Part shown: one piece after another, positions 21,712 to 30,887 of the stretch
Layout: each line of letters opens with the position of its first letter
How positions within the stretch are numbered: position 1 is the first letter of the stretch
NCBI GenBank assembly: GCA_043821645.1
Contig: JBDRCO010000087.1
Location: 160,001 to 224,000, forward strand
Source of the DNA: Pseudomonadota bacterium
Lineage (GTDB): Bacteria; Myxococcota; JACRCW01; JAFGSX01
DNA length: 64,000 bases
Reading direction: 5' to 3'
Program-made: the position numbers and the translations under genes
Notes under the pieces: model-generated
Databases searched by the model: none
Told to the model about the DNA's origin: nothing
What the model saw: only the letters and a program-made list of their open reading frames with translations

Positions 21712-21935
21712 TGTGACCTCCAGTCGAAGGGACCATGTCGGCACCTGGCAAGCACCGAGAACGCACTGCCAGGGAGACCCATAAATACCCGGCTTTGGGA
21801 TGGGAATAGTGCACTGAGAGTGTTTTCATTGATGAAGTGCTCAACTATCGCAACCCGGACCTTGCACATGGCAGATTGACGAACCATCGTCTAAATTTGC
21901 TGCTGCTGGGTTCCGAGACCACCCACGAGAGGCGA

Positions 21936-22364
21936 ATGACCGCGTTCCCGCTCCACTGCCATTCCCCGAGCCTAGCATTCCGTGTCGAAGCGGAAAGCCC
22001 GCGTTTTCTTGCTCTTTGTGCGCGAGGCACCAGCATGGCCCCAGCATTGCGCAGCGGTGACTGGCTGCTGGTCGACGTGCAGGCCTCGGCGCCTCGCCCT
22101 GGCGAGATCTGGTGCTGCCACATCACAGGGCGTGTGGTTGCGCATCGGATTGTGTCCGTGGAAGAACGAGATGGCCGGACCTGGATTCGCTCTTGCAGCG
22201 ACGGCGGTCGGCTGGACCCCTGGACCGACAGCACCATTGGCCGGGTCGTCCTCGGGCTTCGCGAGGGCAAGCTATTCGATATCCCACGGAGGCCCCTGCG
22301 ACGCCGCCTCGCCTGGCTGAGGCGAACCGTCGCGGGCGCGCGCAGCCTGGGACGGGTGGCCTGA
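21936..22364 (+). CDS. S24/S26 family peptidase-like protein
   Basis: GTSMAPALRSGD (Ser), VVAHRIV (His), IGRVV; start uncertain. Confidence 0.75.
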   Translation: MTAFPLHCHSPSLAFRVEAESPRFLALCARGTSMAPALRSGDWLLVDVQASAPRPGEIWCCHITGRVVAHRIVSVEERDGRTWIRSCSDGGRLDPWTDSTIGRVVLGLREGKLFDIPRRPLRRRLAWLRRTVAGARSLGRVA

Positions 22365-22369
22365 CCACG

Positions 22370-22660
22370 ATGGCCAGGATCTCGCCACCTCGCCGCGCTG
22401 CCGACGTGTCGTGGCGCGAGATCGGTCAGGATGTGGTGGTCGTTCCCATCCGAACCTCGGTCGATCAACCTCTGTGCGTGCACACGCTCAACTCGGTGGG
22501 CGCGTTCATCTGGTTGCTGCTGGATGGAAACCTGACCGAGCACGAGATCGCCGCGCGCGTCGCCGAGCAGTTCGAGGTTGACGAGCAGCGGGCGTATGTC
22601 GACCTGCGGGACTATCTCGAGGAGCTGGCCGCCAGCGAGCTGCTGGAGTCGGACGGATGA
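22370..22660 (+). CDS. PqqD family RiPP recognition element (RRE)
   Basis: 96 aa; WREIGQDVVVVP, TLNSVGAFIWLLLDG, QFEVD...DLRDYLEEL. Confidence 0.9.
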   Translation: MARISPPRRAADVSWREIGQDVVVVPIRTSVDQPLCVHTLNSVGAFIWLLLDGNLTEHEIAARVAEQFEVDEQRAYVDLRDYLEELAASELLESDG

Positions 22661-23769
22661 GCAGCATGCTGCAGCAGCTTCCGGTTGAACCCACCTCGCC
22701 AGCCCCGGACGACGTCCTGGCTCGTGCGCTGCGGGGCACACGCGTCCCCTTCGCGGGGAACTTCGAGCTGACCCTGCGCTGCAACCTGAACTGTAGCCAC
22801 TGCTACCTTGGGCAGGACCGCGTCCGCGCCGAGCTTCCGACCGACGAGGTGCTGCGCATCCTCGACGAACTGGCCACGGCCGGTACCCTGGTGCTCGCGC
22901 TCACGGGGGGCGAGCCCCTGCTCAGGCCCGACTTCGAGATCATCTACCTGCACGCGCAGCGTCGGGGCTTCTTGCTCAGTGTGTTCAGCAACGGCATCGC
23001 CCTGACCCCACGACACGTCGAGATGTTCTGCGCTGCGCCACCGCGCGCCATCGAGATCTCCCTGTACGGGACCTCGGACGAGGACTATCTCCACGCCACG
23101 GGGTATCGCATCGCGTTCGGAAATCTTGACCGCACGCTGCGGTCCCTGCGCGACGCTCGGCTTCCGGTCCGACTCAAGACCATGGCCACGCGCACTCTCG
23201 GCCCACGCCTCGACGACATGCGCGCCTATGCCCGTGAGCTGGGCATCCCCCTGCAGTTCGGAACCGTCCTGTTCAGCGCGCGCGATGGCAGCCCGGGCGC
23301 TGATGGTGAGCGCCTCGACGCCGGGGCTGCGGTGGCCTTCGAGGCCCAGCCTGACGTCTTGTGTTACCTGGTCGAGCGCGATCGCGCCACCATGCCGACC
23401 CAGGACAGCCGGCGCGTCACCTGCGGAGCGGGGCGGGTCGCCTTCAGCATCGATCCCGCGGGGGTCATGCGCCGCTGCAGCGCCCTGCCCGTCAAGGCCA
23501 CCCCGGCTGCAAGTCTCAAGCACCTCAGCGTGCAGGAAGCCTGGCGAGCTCTCGGTGAGCAACTCGAGTGCGAGCTCCCGCGTGACCACCCGTGTCGAGG
23601 CTGCGTGCTGCGGCACCTCTGCAACCGATGCGAGGCCACGTTCTCGCCTTCCGTCCAGGTCGAGATGTGCGCGCATGCTCACGCGCGAGCGCGGCAGCTT
23701 GGCCACTGCGTGCCCGGAGACCCACCGCTACGCGCGTACCTGTCGCACGAGGAGTCTGCCGATGAGTGA
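22657..23769 (+). CDS. radical SAM/SPASM peptide maturase
   Basis: ELTLRCNLNCSHC, TGGEP, CGAG..SIDPAGVMRRC, CRGC..HLCNRC. Confidence 0.92.
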   Translation: MSSMLQQLPVEPTSPAPDDVLARALRGTRVPFAGNFELTLRCNLNCSHCYLGQDRVRAELPTDEVLRILDELATAGTLVLALTGGEPLLRPDFEIIYLHAQRRGFLLSVFSNGIALTPRHVEMFCAAPPRAIEISLYGTSDEDYLHATGYRIAFGNLDRTLRSLRDARLPVRLKTMATRTLGPRLDDMRAYARELGIPLQFGTVLFSARDGSPGADGERLDAGAAVAFEAQPDVLCYLVERDRATMPTQDSRRVTCGAGRVAFSIDPAGVMRRCSALPVKATPAASLKHLSVQEAWRALGEQLECELPRDHPCRGCVLRHLCNRCEATFSPSVQVEMCAHAHARARQLGHCVPGDPPLRAYLSHEESADE

Positions 23770-23938
23770 GAAGAAGAAGCAGCCAAAGCCGGCGCGGCGT
23801 CCATACCAGCGACCTCAGGTGCACAGGGTCCCCGTGTCGTCGGAAGAGGCCCTGCTGGCCGTGTGTCCTCTCAACGCGGGGGGCGGCACGCAGGGCTTCG
23901 AGGGCGCACCCTGTAGTGCCTGCTTCACGGCGAGCTAG
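23762..23938 (+). CDS. putative RiPP precursor peptide (58 aa)
   Basis: MSEKKKQPKPARRPYQRPQVHRVPVSSEEALLAVCPLNAGGGTQGFEGAPCSACFTAS; GAGGAG RBS; overlaps rSAM stop. Confidence 0.8.
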   Translation: MSEKKKQPKPARRPYQRPQVHRVPVSSEEALLAVCPLNAGGGTQGFEGAPCSACFTAS

Positions 23939-23946
23939 GTCGCGCG

Positions 23947-24840
23947 ATGAACAACCACGGCTTTACCTTGCGCCTGGGGCCATTGGGGCTGCACCTGCGG
24001 GGCGATCTCGACCCCGCCGAGCTGCCTCTGCCCGCTCGACCCTTTGTCGACGAGCCCCGCGAGGATGACCTGCTCGTCGAGACACAGCAGTTTCAGGATC
24101 GTGCGCGACAGTCCCCTAAGGGCTCCGATGCCCTGTCGTGGCGAGGTGAGCGTCGTGGCGATGAGCTGGCCTTCGCAGCCCACGCCTCGCCGGCCTCGCC
24201 GCCGCTGGCCTTGGCGACCCTGCGACCGGTGGGCGCGACCCTGCATCGTCGCCCCGAAGACAGCCGGCAGGTCGAGCCGGCCTGGTTCAACCCCCTGCTC
24301 CAGGTGCTGACGGCTCACGCTGCACCTCGCCGGCAGGGTCTTCTTCTTCACGCAGCCTGCGTCCAGCTGCGCGGTCGCGCCTGGCTGCTGGCAGGATCGT
24401 CGGGGTCGGGCAAGTCTACCCTGGCTTCGGCGCTGACCCGCCATGGCGGGCATATCCTCGCCGACGACCGCTCACTGGTCTTTGCGGGGCCACAGCCGGT
24501 CGCCTGCGGCACGCCCTGGGGTGGTGAGCCGGCTCTCAAGCGCGCCGGTACGATCGCGCTGGGGGGCATCCTCTTCGTGCAGCATGCGGATGAGGACGCT
24601 CTGCTCCCCCTCTCGCCAGTGGCGGCGAGCGCGCAGCTCCTGGCCGTGGTGCTCGGCCTGTTTTGGGACAGGACCCTGCTGGACCAGGCCATGGCCCTGG
24701 CGTGTGGGCTGGGTGGCGCGGGGCTGTGCTGGAGGTTCCGTGCTACAGTGTCCGGCCGTGCGCCTGAGTGCCTGCTCTCGCTGTGTGATCGCCTGGAGGA
24801 CCGACGAGTGCGCCAGGTCACGAACGAGGAGGCGGCATGA
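23947..24840 (+). CDS. HPr-kinase-related P-loop protein
   Basis: LLHAACV, GSSGSGKST, ILADDR, GTPW. Confidence 0.8.
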   Translation: MNNHGFTLRLGPLGLHLRGDLDPAELPLPARPFVDEPREDDLLVETQQFQDRARQSPKGSDALSWRGERRGDELAFAAHASPASPPLALATLRPVGATLHRRPEDSRQVEPAWFNPLLQVLTAHAAPRRQGLLLHAACVQLRGRAWLLAGSSGSGKSTLASALTRHGGHILADDRSLVFAGPQPVACGTPWGGEPALKRAGTIALGGILFVQHADEDALLPLSPVAASAQLLAVVLGLFWDRTLLDQAMALACGLGGAGLCWRFRATVSGRAPECLLSLCDRLEDRRVRQVTNEEAA

Positions 24841-27800
24841 CCGCTACAGCTTCTCGCGCACGTCGGACAGTTCACCTCTGGTGGCTCGGCGTGGTCCTGG
24901 CTGCGTGGCCGGCAGGAGCGCACGCCCAGGTCTTCTTCACGCCGACCATCGACGGCAGCAACGCCGAGTGGGGGAGTCAGTTCCACTACCTTGACGGCAA
25001 TGAGGCCGACACGCTGATCCCGGACAATCGCGACATCCGTGTGACCTACGTCGCCAACGACGCCACCTATCTGTACTTTGGCATCGAGACCTACGCCAGC
25101 ATGGGCAACATCGATAGCTTCAACCTGTACATCGACCGCGACAACGACGGTGGGGGGTTTGACTCTAATGACCGCGTCATTGGCGTCGACGTGAACACCA
25201 CCCTCAGCTGCACGGGTCTTCGGGTGTACACGGTCGACGGCAGCGGCACCCCGACTGGAAACGGCACCAATGTTGGCTGCAACAACAACTATGCTCGAGT
25301 TGGCTCCTTTGTCGAGGTCCGGGTCCTCCTCGCCAGGATAGGCATCGGCAGTTCCCCGACCGTCGGCGTGATCTCGGCCATCCGGCCGGTGACGGGCAGC
25401 TACTTCAACGTCTCGCCCAGCCCGCCCTTTCCGACATGGATGCTGTACAACAACACCGGCACCATCACCCCGACCCTGATCCGCGTTACCGCGCTGCAAG
25501 CCAGCGCCAAGGTCGCAGGTGTGGACGTCGAGTGGAGCACATCCGGCGAGCTGCTCAGCCTCGGCACCTGGGTACTCCGGCAGACCGCGCAGGGCGAGTG
25601 GCAGCCCGTGGGCGGCGGTCCGAGCCCCACCGGAATGGCCGTGGCCGGCGCGCGCTACAGGCTGGTGGACCCAGGAGGGCAGGCCGGCGACCGCTATGCC
25701 CTGGCCGAGGTCGACGCCAGGCAGCAGGTCCTGTTCTTTGGCCCCGTCGTCGCCAGCGCGGAGGACAGCCCCGGCAGGCCCATCCGCCAGCAACAGCAGC
25801 TCTGGCGAGGCGTGCCGCACCTCGGCACCACCCGGGGCGCCCTGCGCTCTGTCGAGCCTATCGGGAGCGCGGGCCCCAGAGTCCTGAGCGCGCCGCTGCC
25901 GCCGCTCGCCATGCAATGGCCGCCGCAACGCCGGTCCGTGCCTGAATCTGTGCTGCGCGTACGCGTGTTCGAGCCCGGTCTGCATGTGGTGTGTGATGAC
26001 GACCTGTGGCGATCGGGCTGGCAAAGGGCGGTTCCCGTCGTCACCCTGCAAGACCGCCCCTTGCCGGTGTGGCGCGTACCTGCCCGGCTCGCGGGCTGCC
26101 CTGGTCACGCGTTCTATGCGGCCCAACCGGCTTCGCCCCACGCACCTTTTGAGGCGTACCAGCTCAGGCCCGCGCGCCGCGGCACCCGCTATCCTGCGCT
26201 GCCCGAACCCGGGCGACGTGCGAACGCACCAGCGCGATCCCACTCTGTGGAGCAGCGCTCGCTGCGCCTGGCAAGTCCCACCTTCATCGACATGGGCGAT
26301 GGTTCGCCCAACCGCTTCTTCAGGCAGTGGGTCGCAGGCTTTGCCCCGCTGGACCTGGCTGCCCATCTCCCCGGCGCAGTGGCTGGCGCCGACGTCGTCA
26401 TGAAGGTGGACCTAAGACCGAGTCTCGTCGAGCCCGGCAGTGTGCACGAGCTGGTCGTCACCCACGGAGGCGGCCAGGTGAGCTCCCTGGCCGAGGGACC
26501 GGGTTGGCGCACGGTCGAGCTCACCCTGCCAGGTGCGGCGAGCGAGGAGCTGGCCCTGCAGCTCACCAGTGTCGACAACGGGCTGCTGTACGGAGGCGTG
26601 CTGGTCGGCGATACCGTGCTCGAGTACCCGGGCCGGCTGGCGCTGGAGCAGGGGCGCCTGAGCTTCGAAGCGACCGGTCCTGGCTGGGCCCTGGTCGGGG
26701 ACCGCACCAGTGATCAGGTGCTGGCCCTCGACGTCAGTGACCCGCTCACGCCGCTGCCGCTGCAGGTGAACCTGGTGGGCACGGCGCAGGTCGCGGTTCA
26801 ACTGGCACCCACGCGAGGGGTGCCGAGACGGGTGCTGGTGCTGGAGTGCTCGACGCTGCCCACGGCTGTGCTCGAGCGGGTCGAGACCGATCCTGCTATC
26901 GACGCTGCTAGCACCCACGGCGAGTATCTGGTGCTCGGACACGGAGCCTTGTTGCCGTCGCTGCAGCCCCTGGTCGAGCTGCGGCGCCAGCAGGGTCTGT
27001 CGGTTCAGGTGCTGTCACTGCAGGCGGTGTACGATCGCTTCAGCTTCTCGCAGACCGATCCGCGCGCCATTGCTGCGCTGCTGGCGTGGGCGCGGGAGCA
27101 CTGGGCCGCGCCGCCGCGCTTCATGCTGCTGGTGGGCTCGACCTCCTATGACCCCTGGGGCTACCAGGTGGGCTCGCCGGCTGCCGACGCGCCCATCCAG
27201 ACGCACTGGCTTGACAGCCTCGATCACCGCGCGTGGAGCGACTCGCTGCTGGTGGCCGACGCGGCAGGTCTGCCTCGCGTGGCCGTGGGGCGTTTGCCCA
27301 GCTCGGACCCCGTGGCCCTCGCGCGCTACGTGGCCAAGGTCGTGGACTACGAGGCCAGTCTAGCCACCTTGGGGCGCACCGGGGATGTGCTGGCGCTAGC
27401 AGGCCGCTCGCAGTTTGCGGCGGACCCGGACTTTGCGGTCCTGGCCTCGGCGCTGGCGGAAACCACGGGACTGGCAGCCGTCCCCATCGCGACCGGCGCA
27501 CCTGGCGCCGCTGAACAACTGAGTGCTACATGGCCGCTAGCCGAGCTGGTGCTGTACGTGGGACACGGCGACGCACAGGGCTGGGCCGACGACGCGCTCG
27601 ACCTGCAGAGCCCGGCCACGCTGTCTTCGCAGCGTCCTCCCGTGGTGATCAGCGCCACCTGCATGGATGGCATGTTCATGCGCCCGACGGGGAGCCTGGC
27701 CTGGGCGCTGCTGGACACGGCGAGCGACACGGGCGCCTCCCTGGCCATTAGCGCGACCAGCTTGCTTGATCCCAACGTGGCCTCTGGTTTTACTCAGCGC

Positions 27801-27944
27801 TTGCTGCAAGAAGCCCAGGGTGCCACCTGGGGCGAGGCATGGCTCGCGGCCCAGCTCGCTTCCGGTGACGAGATGGCGCACAGCATGGTTCTCATCGGCG
27901 ATCCCGCGCTGACCGCGCGCCTGCCCGCACCCCAGCACCCCTGA
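24837..27944 (+). CDS. secreted C25 family (gingipain-like) cysteine peptidase with N-terminal beta-rich domains
   Basis: Signal AHA-Q; PRFMLLVG, VAVGRLP, YVGHG (His), ISATC (Cys), LIGDP. Confidence 0.85.
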   Translation: MTATASRARRTVHLWWLGVVLAAWPAGAHAQVFFTPTIDGSNAEWGSQFHYLDGNEADTLIPDNRDIRVTYVANDATYLYFGIETYASMGNIDSFNLYIDRDNDGGGFDSNDRVIGVDVNTTLSCTGLRVYTVDGSGTPTGNGTNVGCNNNYARVGSFVEVRVLLARIGIGSSPTVGVISAIRPVTGSYFNVSPSPPFPTWMLYNNTGTITPTLIRVTALQASAKVAGVDVEWSTSGELLSLGTWVLRQTAQGEWQPVGGGPSPTGMAVAGARYRLVDPGGQAGDRYALAEVDARQQVLFFGPVVASAEDSPGRPIRQQQQLWRGVPHLGTTRGALRSVEPIGSAGPRVLSAPLPPLAMQWPPQRRSVPESVLRVRVFEPGLHVVCDDDLWRSGWQRAVPVVTLQDRPLPVWRVPARLAGCPGHAFYAAQPASPHAPFEAYQLRPARRGTRYPALPEPGRRANAPARSHSVEQRSLRLASPTFIDMGDGSPNRFFRQWVAGFAPLDLAAHLPGAVAGADVVMKVDLRPSLVEPGSVHELVVTHGGGQVSSLAEGPGWRTVELTLPGAASEELALQLTSVDNGLLYGGVLVGDTVLEYPGRLALEQGRLSFEATGPGWALVGDRTSDQVLALDVSDPLTPLPLQVNLVGTAQVAVQLAPTRGVPRRVLVLECSTLPTAVLERVETDPAIDAASTHGEYLVLGHGALLPSLQPLVELRRQQGLSVQVLSLQAVYDRFSFSQTDPRAIAALLAWAREHWAAPPRFMLLVGSTSYDPWGYQVGSPAADAPIQTHWLDSLDHRAWSDSLLVADAAGLPRVAVGRLPSSDPVALARYVAKVVDYEASLATLGRTGDVLALAGRSQFAADPDFAVLASALAETTGLAAVPIATGAPGAAEQLSATWPLAELVLYVGHGDAQGWADDALDLQSPATLSSQRPPVVISATCMDGMFMRPTGSLAWALLDTASDTGASLAISATSLLDPNVASGFTQRLLQEAQGATWGEAWLAAQLASGDEMAHSMVLIGDPALTARLPAPQHP

Positions 27945-27992
27945 TCCCTCGCAGCGGCGGTCCAAGGCTCCAGCTTGCGGCCCGCACCCTGT

Positions 27993-28913
27993 TCAGATCC
28001 GCGGCCTGAGCCTTTCGACCAGCGCGGTCACGTCCTTGGCGCTGCGCTGCCAGCCGCGCGCCACCACCAGATTCTCCAGATCAAAGGCCAGGGCCTCGCA
28101 GCTGTCGTGGCGCTTGCGGCTCTTGCGCTGCAGGGCCTGGCGCAGGATGGCGTCGAGCTCGGACGGCACCTCGTCGTAGATCTTGCTGGCCGCCGGGATG
28201 TCGGCGTCGCGCACGCGCAGCGCCTGCTCCAGGTCGCTCTCTCCATCGCGCAGGGCGTAGGGCCTCAGCCCGGTGACCATCTCGTAAAGGATCAGGGCCA
28301 GGGCGAACAGGTCGGCGCGGCCGTCCAGGTGCTCGCCGCGGATCTGCTCGGGCGCCATGTAGGCGATCTTGCCCTTGACCCCGCCCAGCACCGAGGTCAC
28401 GGACTCCAGCTTGCCCAGCTTGGCGATGCCGAAGTCGGCCACCTTCACCTGGCCAGCGCGGGTCAAGAAGATGTTGTCGGGGGAGACGTCGCGGTGCACC
28501 AGCTCGAAGTGGCGCCCCGACGGGCTGCAGGCCTCATGCAGGTAGTGCAGGCCGCGACAGGCCTCGATGGCGATGTGCAGGGCCAGGGGCGTGTCGATGA
28601 TCCCGTCCTGCTCCGGACCCTCGCGCAGGGCGTGAGCCAGGTCCAGCCCGTCGATGAGCTCCATGGCAATGTAGTAGTGCCCCTGCACCTCGTCGGATTC
28701 CAGGGTGTTGACCAGGTTGGGGTGATGCAGCAGCACGCTGATGTCGGCTTCGGTCAAAAACAGGTCCAGGGCCTTGGACTGCGCTTCCATCTCTGGACGC
28801 AGGCGCTTGAGCGCCACGTCTTCGCGGTGGCCGTCCTTGCGCGCGCGGTACACGTCGCACATGCCACCCGAGCCAATGCGCTCGATCAGGTTGTAGCGGC
28901 CAAGGCGTTCCAT
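27993..28913 (-). CDS. cytoplasmic Ser/Thr protein kinase
   Basis: GSGGM, VALK, HRDVSPDN, DFG, KGKIAYMAPE. Confidence 0.92.
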   Translation of the reverse strand: MERLGRYNLIERIGSGGMCDVYRARKDGHREDVALKRLRPEMEAQSKALDLFLTEADISVLLHHPNLVNTLESDEVQGHYYIAMELIDGLDLAHALREGPEQDGIIDTPLALHIAIEACRGLHYLHEACSPSGRHFELVHRDVSPDNIFLTRAGQVKVADFGIAKLGKLESVTSVLGGVKGKIAYMAPEQIRGEHLDGRADLFALALILYEMVTGLRPYALRDGESDLEQALRVRDADIPAASKIYDEVPSELDAILRQALQRKSRKRHDSCEALAFDLENLVVARGWQRSAKDVTALVERLRPRI

Positions 28914-29119
28914 GAGGCCGCCATGCTACCGCGAAAACCTTCAGGGAACAGGCTCAACTGAGGTGCTGTCAGATCCCCTGGAGGCCGCGTCCGTTGGCAG
29001 GGTGTAGGATCTGGCCAGGGGCCGGAAATGCCATCTCGCCCGGCTGCGGTTGTAGGTGAGACAGCCGACGTGCAAGCTCAAAGGGGAGGGACCCGGTCCC
29101 CCCGGGTGGAGGAAGAAAC

Positions 29120-30862
29120 ATGAAGCGCCACGCGATGCCGCTCCTGCTTGGCTCGACCCTGCTCTCCGCGGCCGCCCTGGCCGAACCCGGGGGCTTCTTC
29201 GACATGGGGGCCGACGACCAGCCTACCCAGGTGCTGGTGGATTTCACCGAGGTCGACGCCCAGGGCCTGAGCGAGCTGGCCAAGTCCATGGGCGTCAACC
29301 TGCGCTTCAACTCCGAGTTCAGCGACGCCGACGAGAACTTCGCGGTGGTCGAGGCCGACAGCCCCGGCATGGTGCAGCGCCTGATCTCCCTGTTCCAGGG
29401 CCGCGCCGACGTCGAGTCGGTGGAGCCCAACTACGTCTACCACGGCCTGTTCACGCCCGATGACCCCATGCTCAAGCACCAGTGGCACATGGACATGATC
29501 CACATGGCCGACGCCTGGGCCAAGGCCCGGGGCCGCGGCGTGGTGGTGGCGGTGATCGATACCGGCGTGTCCGACGGCAAGGGCAAGCTCAAGCCTGTCG
29601 AGGATCTGGACCCGGACCGCTTCGTGCCCGGCTACAACTTCGTCAGCGACAGCCCCGACGCCAGCGACGACCACGCCCACGGCACACATGTGGCTGGCAC
29701 CGTGGCCCAGAGCACGGACAACGGCAAGGGCGTGGCCGGCGTGGCCTTCGAGGCGCGCATCATGCCCATCAAGGTGCTCAGTGCCCGGGGCGGCGGCACC
29801 GTGTCCGACATCGCCGAGGGCATACGCTGGGCCGTGCGCCACGGCGCCGACGTCATCAACATGTCGCTCGGCGGACCCTTTCCGTCGCTGGCCCTGGCCC
29901 GCGCCGTGGCCTACGCGCGCTCGCACGGTGTGGTGGTGGTGTGCGCGGCCGGCAACAGCGGGCGCAAGGGTGTGGGCTATCCCGCGGCCCATTCCGGCTC
30001 CATTGCGGTCAGCGCCCTGGGGCCCGACAAGACGCTCAGCTTCTACTCGTCCTGGGGCAAGCAGGTGGCCATCGCCGCGCCCGGTGGCGATACCCGCGTG
30101 GACCTGAACAACGATGGCATTCCCGACGGCGTGCTACAGAACACGATCGTCCCGGGCGACCCCTCGCGCCAGGGCTACTTCCCCTTCCAGGGCACGTCCA
30201 TGGCCTCGCCCCACGTCGCTGGCGTGGCGGCGCTGATCATCGGCCAGGGCATCACCAGCCCCGACAAGGTGCAGGACATCCTCGAGGGCAGCGCCGAGAG
30301 CCTGGGCGACGGTGAGAAGTACGGTGCCGGCATGGTCGACGCGGCGGCCGCGGTATCGCGCGCCATCTGGCGACCTGGTCTGCTGCGTGCCCTGCTCATG
30401 GTCATCCTGGCCTGGCTACTGGCGCGCATCATCCGTACCAGCGACCGCATGTCGTCGTCGGTGGTGACGCCGGGCTTCGTGCTGGCCCTGGTTGTGGGCG
30501 CCTGCGGCCTGTTCTTCCTGCGTGGCTTCGAGACCACGCTGTGGCCGCTGTTCGTGGTCACCAGGCCCGCCCTCGAGTGGCCGGCTGCCCTGCTGGGCTG
30601 GAACTGGCACCTGAACGCTGTGGTGGGTTCGGCCTTGCCCGCCTTCGTGGTTGGTCTGCTGCTGTACGGCATCAAGCCGCTGCGGCCGCTCGCCGCGGGC
30701 TTCGCCGTAGGCGTGAGCGCCTACCTGCTGGCCTGTGCCGTCGACGGCAGTGTCAACGTGCGCTGGGTGCCGGGCGCCGGCGGTCTCTTCGATCGCGCGT
30801 GGCTGGCGGGCAATGCCCTGCTCACCTTCGGCATGGCGCGCATGATGGTTCCCCGACGCTGA
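29120..30862 (+). CDS. S8 subtilase with C-terminal multi-TM region
   Basis: IDTG, HGTHVAG, AAGN, GTSMASPH; several hydrophobic helices at C-terminus. Confidence 0.92.
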   Translation: MKRHAMPLLLGSTLLSAAALAEPGGFFDMGADDQPTQVLVDFTEVDAQGLSELAKSMGVNLRFNSEFSDADENFAVVEADSPGMVQRLISLFQGRADVESVEPNYVYHGLFTPDDPMLKHQWHMDMIHMADAWAKARGRGVVVAVIDTGVSDGKGKLKPVEDLDPDRFVPGYNFVSDSPDASDDHAHGTHVAGTVAQSTDNGKGVAGVAFEARIMPIKVLSARGGGTVSDIAEGIRWAVRHGADVINMSLGGPFPSLALARAVAYARSHGVVVVCAAGNSGRKGVGYPAAHSGSIAVSALGPDKTLSFYSSWGKQVAIAAPGGDTRVDLNNDGIPDGVLQNTIVPGDPSRQGYFPFQGTSMASPHVAGVAALIIGQGITSPDKVQDILEGSAESLGDGEKYGAGMVDAAAAVSRAIWRPGLLRALLMVILAWLLARIIRTSDRMSSSVVTPGFVLALVVGACGLFFLRGFETTLWPLFVVTRPALEWPAALLGWNWHLNAVVGSALPAFVVGLLLYGIKPLRPLAAGFAVGVSAYLLACAVDGSVNVRWVPGAGGLFDRAWLAGNALLTFGMARMMVPRR

Positions 30863-30887
30863 GGCTTCGAGCTGCTACAATCTCGTC

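Noticed and set aside
21936-24840. Lasso peptide or PQQ biosynthesis cluster
   Set aside because: No asparagine-synthetase-like cyclase or B2 protease; no pqqB/pqqC, and the peptide lacks the PqqA ExxxY core.
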